Below are positions 9,878-22,467 of a DNA stretch of 64,000 nt, one piece after another. A program made the translations under genes and the position numbers. This DNA is from Octopus sinensis (lineage: Eukaryota), in assembly GCF_006345805.1 (NCBI RefSeq), contig NC_043001.1, forward strand, positions 18,290,001 through 18,354,000, written 5' to 3'. The notes beneath the pieces are model-generated. The model was given only the letters and a program-made list of their open reading frames with translations. It did no database searches and had not been told where the DNA came from. Position 1 is the first letter of the stretch. Each line of letters starts with the position of its first letter.

Positions 9878-10639
9878 GTAAACTTCTTTCTCACAGTGCA
9901 CGTGGTGTTGTTTAAACCTAAGACAGCTCCGATCGGAAACTCTTACAATCAATGGAATTCTAGCCGTGACCATCCCGTTTTATCTCTCTTTTTTTTCTGT
10001 TTTTGATATTCATTATTTAAAACAAGAAGCTATGATTTTATGGTTATTCGTTCCATATTTTTCGCAGGACGACCGTACAGTTTCCTTGTGCACGTGTTCT
10101 TGTATGTTATACACATGTCATAGGCGCAGGGGTGGCTGTGTGGTAACTGTAGCCCAAGGTTGACCAGTGCCTTGTGAATGACCTTCTTAGATGGAAGTTG
10201 TCAAAGCCTGCAATATATCATCATCATCATTTAATGTCCATTTTCCGTGCTGGCATGGGTTGGGCGGTGTTACAGGAGCTGATTAGGCAGACGACTGCAC
10301 CAGACTTCACTGTCTGTTTTGGCAGGGTTTTTATGGTTGAATGCCCTTCCCAACACCAACCATCTTACTGAGAAGACTGTATGTGTATGTATAATGGCGA
10401 AGTTTCGCATGTCGTAGCACAGATTTCCGTCGATTTCCGTAAAAAACTTTTATTTTTTTACATAAGTAATGAGAGCGAAAGAGACTAAGAGGAAGCGATT
10501 TTATGACGAGAAGGTTTCTCTTTGAAATCGGCCTGTGTGCGTTTGATGGGGTGTGGGAGACAGACAGTATGTTGTGTAAGTGAAGTGCTTCTGTTAGTGT
10601 GTGCGAAGAGACAGAGAGAGTAATGTGTGAAAGAGAGAG

Positions 10640-11107
10640 ATAACTGATTTTTTACTCGGTGTATGTGTATATGTATGTATGCATGTATGTGTGTGTGTGT
10701 GTATGTATCTATGTATGTGTGTGTGTGTGTCAGTATGTGTGTGTGTATGTATGTATGTATGGCCGATTCATCGTAATTTTTTACTCGGTGTATGTGTATA
10801 TGTATGTCTGCATGTATGTGTGTGTGTGTATGTTATGTATCTATGTATGTGTGTATGTGTATGTATGTATGTATGGTCGATTCAGTGTAATTTTTTACTC
10901 GGTGTATGTGTATATGTATGTCTGCATGTATGTGTGTGTGTGTGTGTATGTATCTATGTGTGTGTGTGTGTGTGTAAGTATGTGTGTGTGTATGTATGTA
11001 TGTATGTATGTGTGTGTGTGTATGTATCTATGTATGTGTGTGTGTGTATGTATGTATGTATGGCCGATTCATAGTAATTTTTTACTCGGTGTATGTGTAT
11101 ATGTATG
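10640..11107. repeat. Minisatellite of 4 units (core TTTTTTACTCGGTGTATGTG + TG/TATG tracts)
   Basis: The core recurs near 10647, 10778, 10891 and 11077. Confidence 0.85.
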
Positions 11108-14100
11108 TCTGTCTCTTCACACACACTAACAGAAGCACTTCACTTACACAACATACTGTCTGTCTCAAACTATGCCATATATAGGCACTTGTGCCGGCGT
11201 GCAGGTGATACGTAAAAAAAAACAAAAAAAAAATGATTTTTTTGTGGCTGTTGCCAGGCCCACCTGACTGGCCCCCGTGCCGGTGGCACGTAAAATTCAC
11301 CCACTACACTCTCGGAGTGTTTGGCATTAGGAAGGGCTTCCAGCTGTAGAAACTCTGCCAGATCAAGATTGGTGCCTGGTGCAGCCATCTGGTTCGCCAG
11401 TCCTCAGTCAAATCGTCCAACCCATGCTAGCATGGAAAGCGGACGTTAAACGATGATGATGATATATATGTGTGTGTGTGTGTGTACCTTTGAGTTTGTT
11501 ATTCACCACCTTTTGTCAACCAGTGTTGACATAGCTTTGTGGTTTTGCAAAAGAGATTGATGGAATAAGTACTAGATGAAAAAAGATTATAAGGACTTCA
11601 AGTTAGTGCCCCAGCATGGCCACAGTTCAATGGCTGAAACAAGTAAAAAATTTTAATAAAATGTACAAACTCTAGATATTGACTACTTTTTTGTAAACAC
11701 AAACACGCACCAAGTTATATAAATATGTAGAGCTGGTGGCAGGCCAATGCGAGTGCCGGTGTTATGTAAAAAGCATCATTCAAGCCTAGAGACCCTGCCA
11801 GAACAGATTGGAGCCCGGTGTAGCCTCCTGGCTTGCCAGTCCTCAGTCAAACAGTCCAACCCATACCAGCATGGAAAGGGAACGGTAAACGAAGATGATG
11901 ATGTGTGTGTTCAATAAAGAGATTATCATCCTTTATATTCTATATAAAGTGAATCTTAAATCTGTCTTCATGAAATAGGCATCTGACCATATTCTAATAT
12001 TGAAGTCCCAGTCTTTTTTTTTTTTTCTCTTTTCTACTCTAGGCACAAGGCCCAAAGTTTTTGGGGAGGGGGCCAGTTGATTAGATCAACCCCAGTATGC
12101 AACTGGTACTTAATTTATCGACCCTGAAAGGGTAAAAGACAGAGTTGGCCTCGGCGGAATTTGAACTCAGAACGTAAAGACAGGCGAAATACTGCTAAGC
12201 ATTTCGCCCAGTGTGCTAATATTTCTGCAAGCTCACCACCTTATTGAGCTCCCAAACTGTCATATATATATGTGGAGGCGCAATGGCCCAGTGGTTAGGG
12301 CAGCGGACTCGCGGTTTCGTTTCCCAGATCAGGTGATGTGAGTGTTTATTGAGCGAAAACACCTAAAGCCCCACAAGGCTCTGGCAGGGGGTGGTGGCGA
12401 TCCCTGCTGTACACTACTTTCTCTCACTCTTTCTTCTGTTGGCCTGCTCGCTTAGCCAGCGGGGTGGCGTCACTTGAAGGCTAAAACAATACGAAGCACA
12501 TTGTGACCAGCGATGTGTAGCAACATCTGATAGCCTGGTCAGTCACGGTGATATATATATATATGTCAAAAAGCTAGGAGGTACAAAAGGTGAATATATT
12601 TATATAATCACTTGATATCCTTAGGACTACGGCTGCTTTGCAGCCTTCTTCATATAATGATATTTTCAGTTTGGAATAAATTATGTTTATCTGTTTACAT
12701 TAACATGGAAACATAATTTATTATACACTGAAATTATTGCATTAAGAAAGCTGCAAAATGACTGTAATCCTAAGGATGTCAAGTGGTTAAATAAATATAT
12801 TCACCTCTCATGTCTCTTGACTTTTTATGGTTTATATACTTCCCATGAAGTAATTTCATTGATTGGATTTTCTGCATTTCAGCTGCAAGGGCACTTTGAA
12901 TTACACCTTTCTGTATTAATTTTCTGTGGTCTGATAGCCGAGTCCATTAGAGGAGCTTTCTGTGATAACCACACAATTCTCTGAATTCATATCTTATACT
13001 GCAAATTTATAAATATATATTTGAAATACAGCATGCCCTACACTGTTTTATTGAATGTTTTTTTTTTTATTAAGATAGTTAGGTGTGGTTTGAGGGTGAC
13101 TTCTCTGCTGCAGTTTCTAGCAGGACAAAAGACACATAGAGGCTCTCTTATTGGCTTGGATCTATTTCAGTTCTAGACATAATAATAAAGAGACAGTAAG
13201 GAAGGGTTAGTGAGGATAGCAGTGTATTCACCTAATTAGTATGACTAAATGTAATTGTGTCAAATTTGACTTTGTTAAAGAATAGTACAGTTGTAATTAA
13301 TTAATTGTCAGATGTAGTTGTGCTTCCTATGTAGAAGCCAGAAAAAGTGTGGGAGGAGCAGTTTAGCATCTGGTTTTAATACAGAAGAGTATTACATACA
13401 ATTAATATTTTCCTAACTCCTTTTTTCTGGTAGGAGGGCTCTGAAAGGGGTCTCAGGGAGTAGCATCCCTGCCTTTCTGAGCTAGTTTTTCACAACATTT
13501 CTTAAAAATTGTGGTAGAGGCCTTGGTCTTGGGACCACTCATGTCTAGAAACTGAAGTTGGGGGTAAGCAAGGGCATGCTTCCTGTAGAAAATCCAGCTC
13601 CAAAAAAGCCTCAGGATAACAAAGGAGAATGGGCACTAGCCACCCAGCCAGCCAACCCAAAGCTTGGGGTGGGCTGCACTTGCCTACCTCAGTTCCTATG
13701 GCATCATGGTAGATCTGGCCACCCCTGTTAATGGGGACAAAACCTGGATTTAAAGCACTGGATGATGATGATGATGATTTTAATGGTTTCAGTCATTGGA
13801 TCATGGCCATGCTGGATCTACATTTAAAAGATTTTAGTTGATTATATTGGCTTGCTGGACTTGGTCTGGTAGTTTTATTATCGACTTCCTAAGGGACAAA
13901 ATGCAAAGTTGATTGAGCGTAATGGTAGTAGGCACGGGCATGGCTGTGTGGTTAGGGAGCTTGCTTCCTAGCTACATGGTTTCGGGTTCAGTCCCACTGC
14001 GAGGCACTTTGGGCAGGTGTCTTCTACTATAGCCCTGAGTCGACCGGAGCTTTGTGATTGAATCCGGTAGGTGGAAGTTACTGCCGTGTGTGTATGTGTG

Positions 14101-14500
14101 CGTATAGGTGCTCAGTGCCTCTCCGAAAGAGAGAGAGGGGTACATAACCTAAGGGGGGAACAAAATACCACAAGATATTTTTGTTCAACGCACTGATCAT
14201 TTATTATTCCATGATAAACTCTGTGTTTGTGTTTTTAAGATGTTACTTAATTGTAAAATTATTGTGACAATCATACAAGCAGTGGCATTCATTTCTAATA
14301 TTCTGTGAGATGTTGGTTATGGGAAAATATTACTTTGCTTGGAAACAGGGAGGGCATCCAGCTATAAGAAATGTACTTCCATAAACTCTCTCTGACCCAT
14401 GCAAACAAAGAAAAGTGGTCCTTAAAATGATGATGATGATGATTACACACACACACACACACAAAACTCTTTGTAACATAGCTACTGTTTCTCATTACAG

Positions 14501-16378
14501 ACTGTTGGTCATCATGCTATTGATTTGTATGGTAAAGCTATGGAAGTACCATTGTTCCGGAGAACCATAGAAGGAAACTCCAAGAGAACAGACAGAGATT
14601 ATGATCTGACTGAAGGAGATGAAGTAGAAGACTTGTACAATCTCTTAAAATTGGTAATGGAAGAAGTTGAAGAAGTAGATGCCGTATCGGTGGGAGCTAT
14701 ACTTTCAGATTACCAACGTGTCCGTGTTGAAAATGTCTGTAGTCGTCTTGGACTGACTGTACTTGCTTATCTGTGGCGGCGAGACCAACAAGAACTCCTT
14801 GCTGAAATGATCGATGCAAAAGTAGATGCAATTATTATCAAAGTCGCAGCTATGGGACTGATGCCGGAGAAACACCTTAGACTTTCGTTGAAAGAGATTT
14901 ATCCAAGTATGATCCAGCTTCACCAAAAGTACGGTTTAAATGTTTGTGGTGAAGGCGGAGAGTATGAAACTTTCACGCTTGATTGCCCATTGTTCAAGAA
15001 AAAAATACTCGTTGATGATAGTGAAATTGTATGCCATTCGGATGATGCTTTTGCCCCAGTAGGCTATATAAGTTTCAAGTCTCTGCATCTTGAAGTAAAA
15101 GATGGTATAGATCAGTCTCTGGCAGATTTGTCAATGAAATCCAGTAAATTCCTAATTGATGAACTCTTTTCTGTTGAAGAGCAAGAGAGCTTGCAGTTTG
15201 ATAAATCACAAGAGAACAGTGTTGCTGAAAATCTTGCTTCAGTGGAAATTAAACCGCCTTTAATCAAAGAATCCAATGAATATTTTTGGATTGCTAACCT
15301 TGTTGGCTGTGGAAGAGATGTAGAAGCAGCAAGCCAGCAAGTGATGGGTTCTCTAAAAGAATCACTGTCTCTCTGTAAAATTTCTCCTACTTTCAAAAAT
15401 ATTTACTCTGTACATTTATATGTAAAAAATATGGAAACTTATAGTGTGATTAATAGTATTTATAAGAAATATTTTGGAACTAACCCTCCTGTTCGGGTTT
15501 GTGTCGAAATGGATTTACCGTCAAATATACTTTTAAAGATGGATGTTGCAGGTAGTTCTCAAATACAACATCCTGATAGGCATACCATGCATGTGCAAAG
15601 CCTTTCACACTGGGCTCCAGCAAACATAGGACCGTATAGCCAAGCAGTGAAAATTAACATGGACCTTTTTGTTGCTGGACAAATAGGACTCTGTCCAGCA
15701 ACGATGAAGCTTCCAGAACCGTTTTGTATTAAAACTGAAGCCAGACTATCTTTAAGACACGTACACCGAATACTAAAAGCTATGCATGGAGAATGTACTT
15801 TCCAGAATATTGCTTTGTGCATTTGTTATATTACAAACCAAACATTCCTTCAAGTGGCGAAAGATGAATGGGAGCGAATGTTGTGCTTGGATGAAGATGC
15901 TTTTAGTTCTGAACTGAGTCCAATAATACAGTTTGTTGTTTTATCTGGTTTACCCAAGAATGCTCATATTGAATGGGATTGTAGAGCAGTCTTAACTGAA
16001 CAAAGTGATATTAAAAAGCAGGAACATACCATTACATGTGGCAGGCTCCATTTAGAATATCGCATTCATGAATGCAGTAAAATCTCAGGGTTTAAAGGTT
16101 CTGTTTTAATAACTGATACATTCTCAACTGATTCCATTTCAAAAGACACAATGTTAAGCGAACTTTTTACTGTTATTAACAACTTAGTCAAAGACATGAA
16201 TACATCTTGGGATGATATTCCAACAATTAAGGTTTTCTTCTGCAAAGATTTTTTTGACTACACTGAATTGGACTCAAAATTACAAAATGTACTCAAAGCT
16301 TTGTGTACTCCACTTTATACTTTGTTACCTGTAAGATGTCTAACGGAGACTTCCTGCAAATTCTCTGTCTGTTTCTAG
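14501..16378 (+). CDS. DPH6: Diphthine--ammonia ligase, coding exon 2 (625 aa + stop): ATP-binding domain plus Rid/YjgF-like C-terminal domains
   Basis: Acceptor ctcattacag|ACTGTTGGT gives TVGHHAIDLY. Motifs GAILSDYQRVRVENVCSRLGL, NVCGEGGEYETFTLDCPLF and HVQSLSHWAPANIGPYSQA are present. Total protein 672 aa. Confidence 0.95.
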   Translation, partial: TVGHHAIDLYGKAMEVPLFRRTIEGNSKRTDRDYDLTEGDEVEDLYNLLKLVMEEVEEVDAVSVGAILSDYQRVRVENVCSRLGLTVLAYLWRRDQQELLAEMIDAKVDAIIIKVAAMGLMPEKHLRLSLKEIYPSMIQLHQKYGLNVCGEGGEYETFTLDCPLFKKKILVDDSEIVCHSDDAFAPVGYISFKSLHLEVKDGIDQSLADLSMKSSKFLIDELFSVEEQESLQFDKSQENSVAENLASVEIKPPLIKESNEYFWIANLVGCGRDVEAASQQVMGSLKESLSLCKISPTFKNIYSVHLYVKNMETYSVINSIYKKYFGTNPPVRVCVEMDLPSNILLKMDVAGSSQIQHPDRHTMHVQSLSHWAPANIGPYSQAVKINMDLFVAGQIGLCPATMKLPEPFCIKTEARLSLRHVHRILKAMHGECTFQNIALCICYITNQTFLQVAKDEWERMLCLDEDAFSSELSPIIQFVVLSGLPKNAHIEWDCRAVLTEQSDIKKQEHTITCGRLHLEYRIHECSKISGFKGSVLITDTFSTDSISKDTMLSELFTVINNLVKDMNTSWDDIPTIKVFFCKDFFDYTELDSKLQNVLKALCTPLYTLLPVRCLTETSCKFSVCF

Positions 16379-17367
16379 ATTGACAGAAATATTTCAAGCT
16401 TGGGTTTTCTGATTTTATTAAAATATTTATCAGTATATTCTCTTTTTTTCTTTCTGTTCCTTGAAATATTCTTTTCTACTCGAGGCACAAGGCCCAACAT
16501 TTTTGGGGAGAGGGGCAGTCGATTAGATCGACCCCAGTATGCAACTGGTACTTAATTTATTTAAGGCGGCAAGCTAGCAGAAACGTTAGCATGCCGAGCG
16601 AAATGCATAGTCGGTTTTCATCTGCCGTTACGTTCTGAGTTCAAATTCCGCTGAGGTCAACTTTGCCTTTCATCCCTTTGGAGTCGATAAATTAAGTACC
16701 AGTTACGCACTGGTGTCGATATAATCGACTTAATTCGTTTCTCTGTCCTTGTTTAGCCACTTGTGGGTAGTAAAGAAATAGGTACTTAATTTATTGACCC
16801 TGAAAGGATGAAAGGTAAAGTCAGCCTTGGCGGAATTAGAATCAGAACGTAAACACAGATGAAATGTTCTTTGAAATATTGCACATTGGTATGTCCATTG
16901 TTAGTTCCAGTTCTGTATCAGATTTTCTATGAGAACAGGCTGCTGGTCTCCTTTATTTCTTTTTCAATTTCTGGAGATAGGAATGGTGTGATTGGTCTTC
17001 ATACATGACCTTTGTCATAGTGTGATATAGCTGATTGTGAGAGAGGTAAAAGTACACATCTCTCCACAGAAGACTGGTACTTTATTTGAGCCCAGAAGAG
17101 TGAAAGACAAAATTTAAACTGATTGCAGAGCGAATTGAAACCAGTACAAGATATGTCCAATACTCTAATGACTTGACCAGCTTGCTACCATATTAATATA
17201 TTAAGTTCGTTTTAATTTCATTCTGTTGTTGGCTTAGTAATTACTGAAGTCTTCACACAGACAAATTTCCACACATATCAAATCATTTGTGTCACAAAAT
17301 TGCCATTCACCTCAACTGTCTGAAATGATATGGCTCAGAGAGAGAGTATGTGATCACACCTAATGAG

Positions 17368-17760
17368 GTTTGAATGGCAGTTTTTTCTAGCGGTGTCATA
17401 TGAAACTGTCACCCATAATTATGACCCTAGTATCGATCTATTGCATTTCAATGTTTTAGGGTTAGGGGTGGAGGGTATCTTTTTTTCTTCACAAATGTAA
17501 ATAAACCCAATCTGTTTCTTAAACGAGGGACATATTCATACGGCACAGAATGTTTTCACCTCAATAGACGTCATTTATTGGTTGAAATTGCAGAAATTGA
17601 AGAAAAAATACAACAAATATCTTACAAACTATAGAATTTTCTCAATAAAGCCAAGAGAAAAAGATGTTTTATAAACACATTCTACCAGTATACGAAGTTT
17701 AAAAGTGTTTAGTTACGTGGAAATTATTTTAAAAAACTGCCGTTCAAACCGAAAAAATCC
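17368..17760 (+). mobile_element. hAT-type MITE copy with partly deleted left TIR
   Basis: Same body as 27705-28121. Right TIR AAAACTGCCGTTCAAACCGAAAAAATCC. Confidence 0.8.
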
Positions 17761-19291
17761 ATGAGGTGTGATCACATACTCTTTCTGAGCCAGTGAGATA
17801 AATACATGGTCATTTGACATTGTAAGGGAAGTAACTCATTTTCTCTCAACTGACGTAATATTGCATTAAAAAAAAAGTGTGTGTGTGTGTGTGCAGGGCT
17901 CGCCTGATAATACAATCCTAAATACACAGTTGCTTATGAAAAAGTCAGGATGGTCATAACTGAAATGTCCACAGAGTCAGGACTAATCTGTAGTTAAAAC
18001 AATAACCTCCCTTTTTTGCTGTGTCTTTGCCTGAGACACCTTCCATAGCCATCAGAGAGCATTATTTATTCACATCATGTCTGTACAACTTTCTTAGTTG
18101 CTGAGCCAAAGAAAGAGCCTCCAAATGAATGAATCTCAAAGAGTACACCATAAGTGGTATCAAGGTACATGGTGATTGTATAAAAATAAACCATTTTGCT
18201 ACCATTTTTCTGTTGAAAACAAATTTTGAAAATAATGGATTTAGTACAATAATTCCCATTATTATGCTAGAGTTTATAACATGAATTAACATGCAATTTT
18301 TATGGAAGGTTTGAAAAATGGTGTTATTTGTAATAATTTTCAATTGAAATGACATGCAATCATCAGTTAATGAGAAGAGTGGCTGCCAACAAGAATGGAC
18401 TTGGACATTCTTGTTGGCAGCTGGCAGAAACGTTAGCACGCCAGGCGAAATACTTAGCAGTATTTTGTCTGCCGCTACGTTTTTACTCCGCCGAAGTTGA
18501 CTTTGCCTTTTATCCTTTCGGGGTCAAATTAAGTACCAGTTATGCACTGAGGTCGATGTAATCAACTTAATCCCTTTGTTTGTCCCTTTTTAGCCCCTTG
18601 TGGGCAATAAAGAAATAAGAATGAACTTGGACAGTAATAACCTGTCTAACCCAGCCAGCATGGAGATCACAATTATTTAATGTCTGTTTTCCATATTGGC
18701 AGGGGTTACATGGTTTCACAGCAGCTTTGGGTTCTGTCAGCTTTAGCTTGGTTTCTATGGTTGGATTCCCTTCCTAACACCAACCAAATTACAGCGTGTA
18801 CTGTGTGTGTGCTTTTCATGCCACTGGCACAAGTGAGGTTACCACATAATTTGCAAGACAGGAGAAGAACAGGAAAAAAAAGCTCCCCTTGACTAAGTTG
18901 GGAGGGTCAGGGAATATGAGAGGGTGATATAGCTGTATGTCAGGTGATGAGGCTATAGTACAATAGATGGACAAGCACAAGTGTTTTGATAAAAAGACGA
19001 CATATGGCTACCCAGTATTATACAAGGGTGGGAATAACCGAAAAGGGGATAAAGATGTTAGTGGTGGGTTGCCAGTATAAAATCGATATAAAATGATGAT
19101 GGTGATGATGATGATCGAATCTGGAATAGTTCACAAAAACGTTTATTGAAAATATAATACAAACAGACATATATATATATAAGATATATTTATATATATA
19201 TAATATATTTATCTACACATATAAATATAATTTACATGGCTGTTGGTGGACATTTCAAACCCTCCAGAAGTGGAGTTTCTCTGTTTTATCT

Positions 19292-19336
19292 TCATATCTT
19301 TCTACTGACTTTGTTCAAGATATTTTTCTGTACTTT
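19292..19336 (-). CDS. ALMS1: ALMS1-like, exon 15 (last): KVQKNILNKVSRKI*
   Basis: Acceptor attaacag|AAA, phase 0, TGA at 19294-19292. Resembles the end of the ALMS motif. AATAAA on the minus strand at 19142-19147. Confidence 0.8.
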   Translation of the reverse strand, partial: KVQKNILNKVSRKI

Positions 19337-19444
19337 CTGTTAATATAGAAAAATAAAAACATAAATGAATAAATAATTAAATACAGGAGCGATAATGTAA
19401 TAGCATGCCCTTAAAATATTAACTAAGAGATGTACGTTTATTTT

Positions 19445-19835
19445 CTACATAATAATAATTATGAAATTATTGTATACAGTGCTCAGGTGCACCACAACTT
19501 GTCAGAAAGTGCATATAAAGTACATGCAGTAATGTAAAAATGTCTGGAAAGCGAACAATGTATGAGTCAGATACATGCTTGCGTGTGTATGGAGGGGAGA
19601 AAATCAGGTGTAGTGTTGGCGAATCTCAGGAAGCATGGAAGTTTTGAAGGATGCAGTGCTCCGACAACTAACAACTGATGCCGGCAGTCTGTTCCATGCT
19701 TCAGCAACTCTTAGTATGAAAAAATGTTTCTGAAAGTCATGGGAGCTGTGCTGTTTTCTGATTTTGTAAATATGTCCACGGGTGTTAGACAAGTGGAGTT
19801 TGAAAAGGTGCTCAGAGTTATTGTTTGTAAGATGG
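19445..19835 (-). mobile_element. CR1-clade LINE 3' fragment
   Basis: Translation TRGHIYKIRK..HFFILRVAEAWNRLPASVV..FK is typical of the CR1 ORF2 C-terminus. A short AAT tail follows. Confidence 0.75.
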
Positions 19836-20669
19836 AGTTCCCTATTTAAACATATAAACATTAAGTGTACCCCATCTCCAATTACGTAAGAAAAGGAATT
19901 CAGTAAAAAATTTTCTTTGATTGTTGTTGTCATTGTCTAGCCAACTTTCATCAAGTAGATCTAAGATCAAAAGTATTTCAGCCACAGTGTACCTTGGGCT
20001 ACATCTTTTGGTATTTCCTGCCTTTTTTATGAGAGTAAAATGTGAGGGAAACAATTTTCTTTTATTAAGCCATCAGCATTCAACTTCCTTAGTCATATGC
20101 AGTATTCATCATCATTGTTCGACTGTGGCCGAGCCATGTGTTGAGAGGGATTCTTTGGGGTTTGAATAATTCACCTCTGGAAACATGGGTGTTTCATTCA
20201 ACATCCTTAAACAACCCTTATTCAGGGAGCTTTTGAGCAGGATGGGCTACTCGACCTGAAGAAAATTCTAACTGGGCCCCACCTGCAAGGTCATGCACAA
20301 GGTCTATCTTGCTATGAGATCACCAAGTCATGCACATATGGTTGTGATACATGTATCTGGTCTATCCTTATCAGACGGGTAGTCATGATGGGTATACTGG
20401 GCTTCGTATATTTTACCCCAGTGTCACTTTGATGGCATGCACAGCTATCTCACTCAATAATAATAATAATCCTTCCTACTATACGTACATAACCTGCAGT
20501 TTTGGGAGAAGGGGCTGGCCGATTACACTGACCCCATTTCAATGATTGTATTGAAATTAAGGTAATGGTCATAGCTTACAGAGATGCTCACATTGCGTTA
20601 AAACACATTGCTATATACCTAACACAAGAGAAGCCACAATAATTACATTCATTATTTAGTGATACATAC

Positions 20670-20769
20670 CATACTAAAAACACGACTTTTGGTCTTGTTA
20701 TATTTATACTGAATCTTGCGGGTCTGTTCAACTTTTTGACTTATAACTTCTGGAAGATTTCTATAAAGC
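20670..20769 (-). CDS. ALMS1: ALMS1-like, exon 14: LYRNLPEVISQKVEQTRKIQYKYNKTKSRVFSM
   Basis: ttttaacag|G ... ATG|gtatgt, phase 2 to 0. Has the ALMS-motif LYxxLPEV signature. Confidence 0.9.
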
Positions 20770-21934
20770 CTGTTAAAAGATGAAGAAAGTATGTGAATTA
20801 GAAAGAAATTATCAAAAGCATTCCTCTTCTCCTCTCCTTTGCACTCCCATGAACTCCTTGCTCATTCACCTTGTTCAATCCACTGTACCACTCCACTAAC
20901 ATTCTGTTTCTTTACTACCCACAAGGGGCTAAACACAGGTAAAACGGATTAAGTCAATTATATCGACCCCAGTGCGTAGTTGGTACTTAAGTTATCGACC
21001 CCGAACGGATGAAAGGCAAAGTCGACTTTGGCGGAATTTGAACTCAGAACGTAGCGGCAGACAAAATACTGCTCAGCATTTTGCCCAGCATGCTAACGTT
21101 TCTCCCAGCTCACCACCACTCCACTAACATTCACCTCCTTGGACCTTGAGGGTTTCCCTGACATATTGCTGCCACCTCTCTCCCTCTGACTGGGGTGGCC
21201 ATGTATCTCCTCTATAGCAAGACACCTGTTTCTGTCCCTCTATCATACTCTAACTTCTCATTACTTAGCACAAAGCCACTCCCTTAATAATACTCCTCCA
21301 TCACTTGAAGAGCCTTACAAATAACTTGCTGACCTTACCAGGGTTCAGTCCACTCTATAAAGTAGTTGGCACTAGGAAAGACATACAGCTGTAGAAACAT
21401 ATGCCAAGGCAGACAAAAGAGCATGCTGCAGTCCTCTGGTCAAACTGCTCAACCTATGCCAGCATAGAAAACAGATGTTAAATCATCATAATAATGATGA
21501 CAATCTTATGGAACAATAAGAATATTTTTGTTGTTTTTTTTCTTCAATTTCAACCAATCAATGACGTTTATTGAGTTGAAAACATTCTGTGCCGTATGAA
21601 TATGTCCCTCGTTTAAGAAACAGATTGGGTTTATTTACATTTCTGAAGAAAAAAAGATACCCTTCCTTCCACCCCTAACCCTAACCCTAAAACAGATTGA
21701 AATGCAATAGATCAATACTAGGGTCATAATTATGGGTGACAATTTCATATGACATTGCTAGAAAAACTGCCGTTCAAACCGAAAAGATCTGGATCAGTTT
21801 ACTTTCCATGGGTTGGACAAACTGTCAGAGTCTGAGCCAAGTTTGGTTGTAGTTACTTCTCTCCTAGCTGCATCTGAGGACATCACATCACATATAAATG
21901 TGCGCTACACATATTTCTAAAACATATATGAGGA

Positions 21935-22150
21935 TGACCTCATCTTTGCTTCAAGGATGTCTGTAAGAGAGATACGAAGTTGCTTGATCTGGGCGTCCTG
22001 AGATGGGAGGTGGTCGCAAATGATTGCCCACACTGGAGACAAATACTGCAAAAGGGGATGAAATGAGTGGAAGAAAAACAGGAACTTGCCACCAAAGAAA
22101 TGCGCACTTGACAGAAGCAAAAACCAGTAGCACTGGCAGAGAGATCCTTC
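21935..22150 (+). mobile_element. RTE-clade LINE 3' fragment (degenerate)
   Basis: Translation PHLCFKDVCKRDTKLLDLGVLRWEVVANDCPHWRQILQKG resembles RTE ORF ends. Confidence 0.65.
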
Positions 22151-22403
22151 AAATGCAGTCACTGTATGTGTGACTGCCACTCCCGTGTGGGCCTGTACAG
22201 TGACAACAGACACTGAATCACCATCAACAGCTGACACAATTTCTTCAGGCGCAGATCCATGGCCTCTTGAAACCGGTGGCTGCTTACTAGAAGCTATGCA
22301 TATTTCTAGAACATGTTATAGTCAAATTTCAAGGTGACACTCTCAGGTTGGACGACAACAAATAAAAATGTTACATTTATTAAAGTCAAATAAGCAAACC
22401 TAC

Positions 22404-22467
22404 TTCCAGTTTAATTCTTTCATTTCTTGTTTGGAAAATGCTCTTTTCTTTGGCTTGTAAAGATTCT
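22404..22467 (-). CDS. ALMS1: ALMS1-like, exon 13: (E)NLYKPKKRAFSKQEMKELNW(K)
   Basis: tatttcag|AG ... AA|gtaggt, phase 1 to 2. Matches the ALMS-motif SKxEM segment. Confidence 0.88.
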
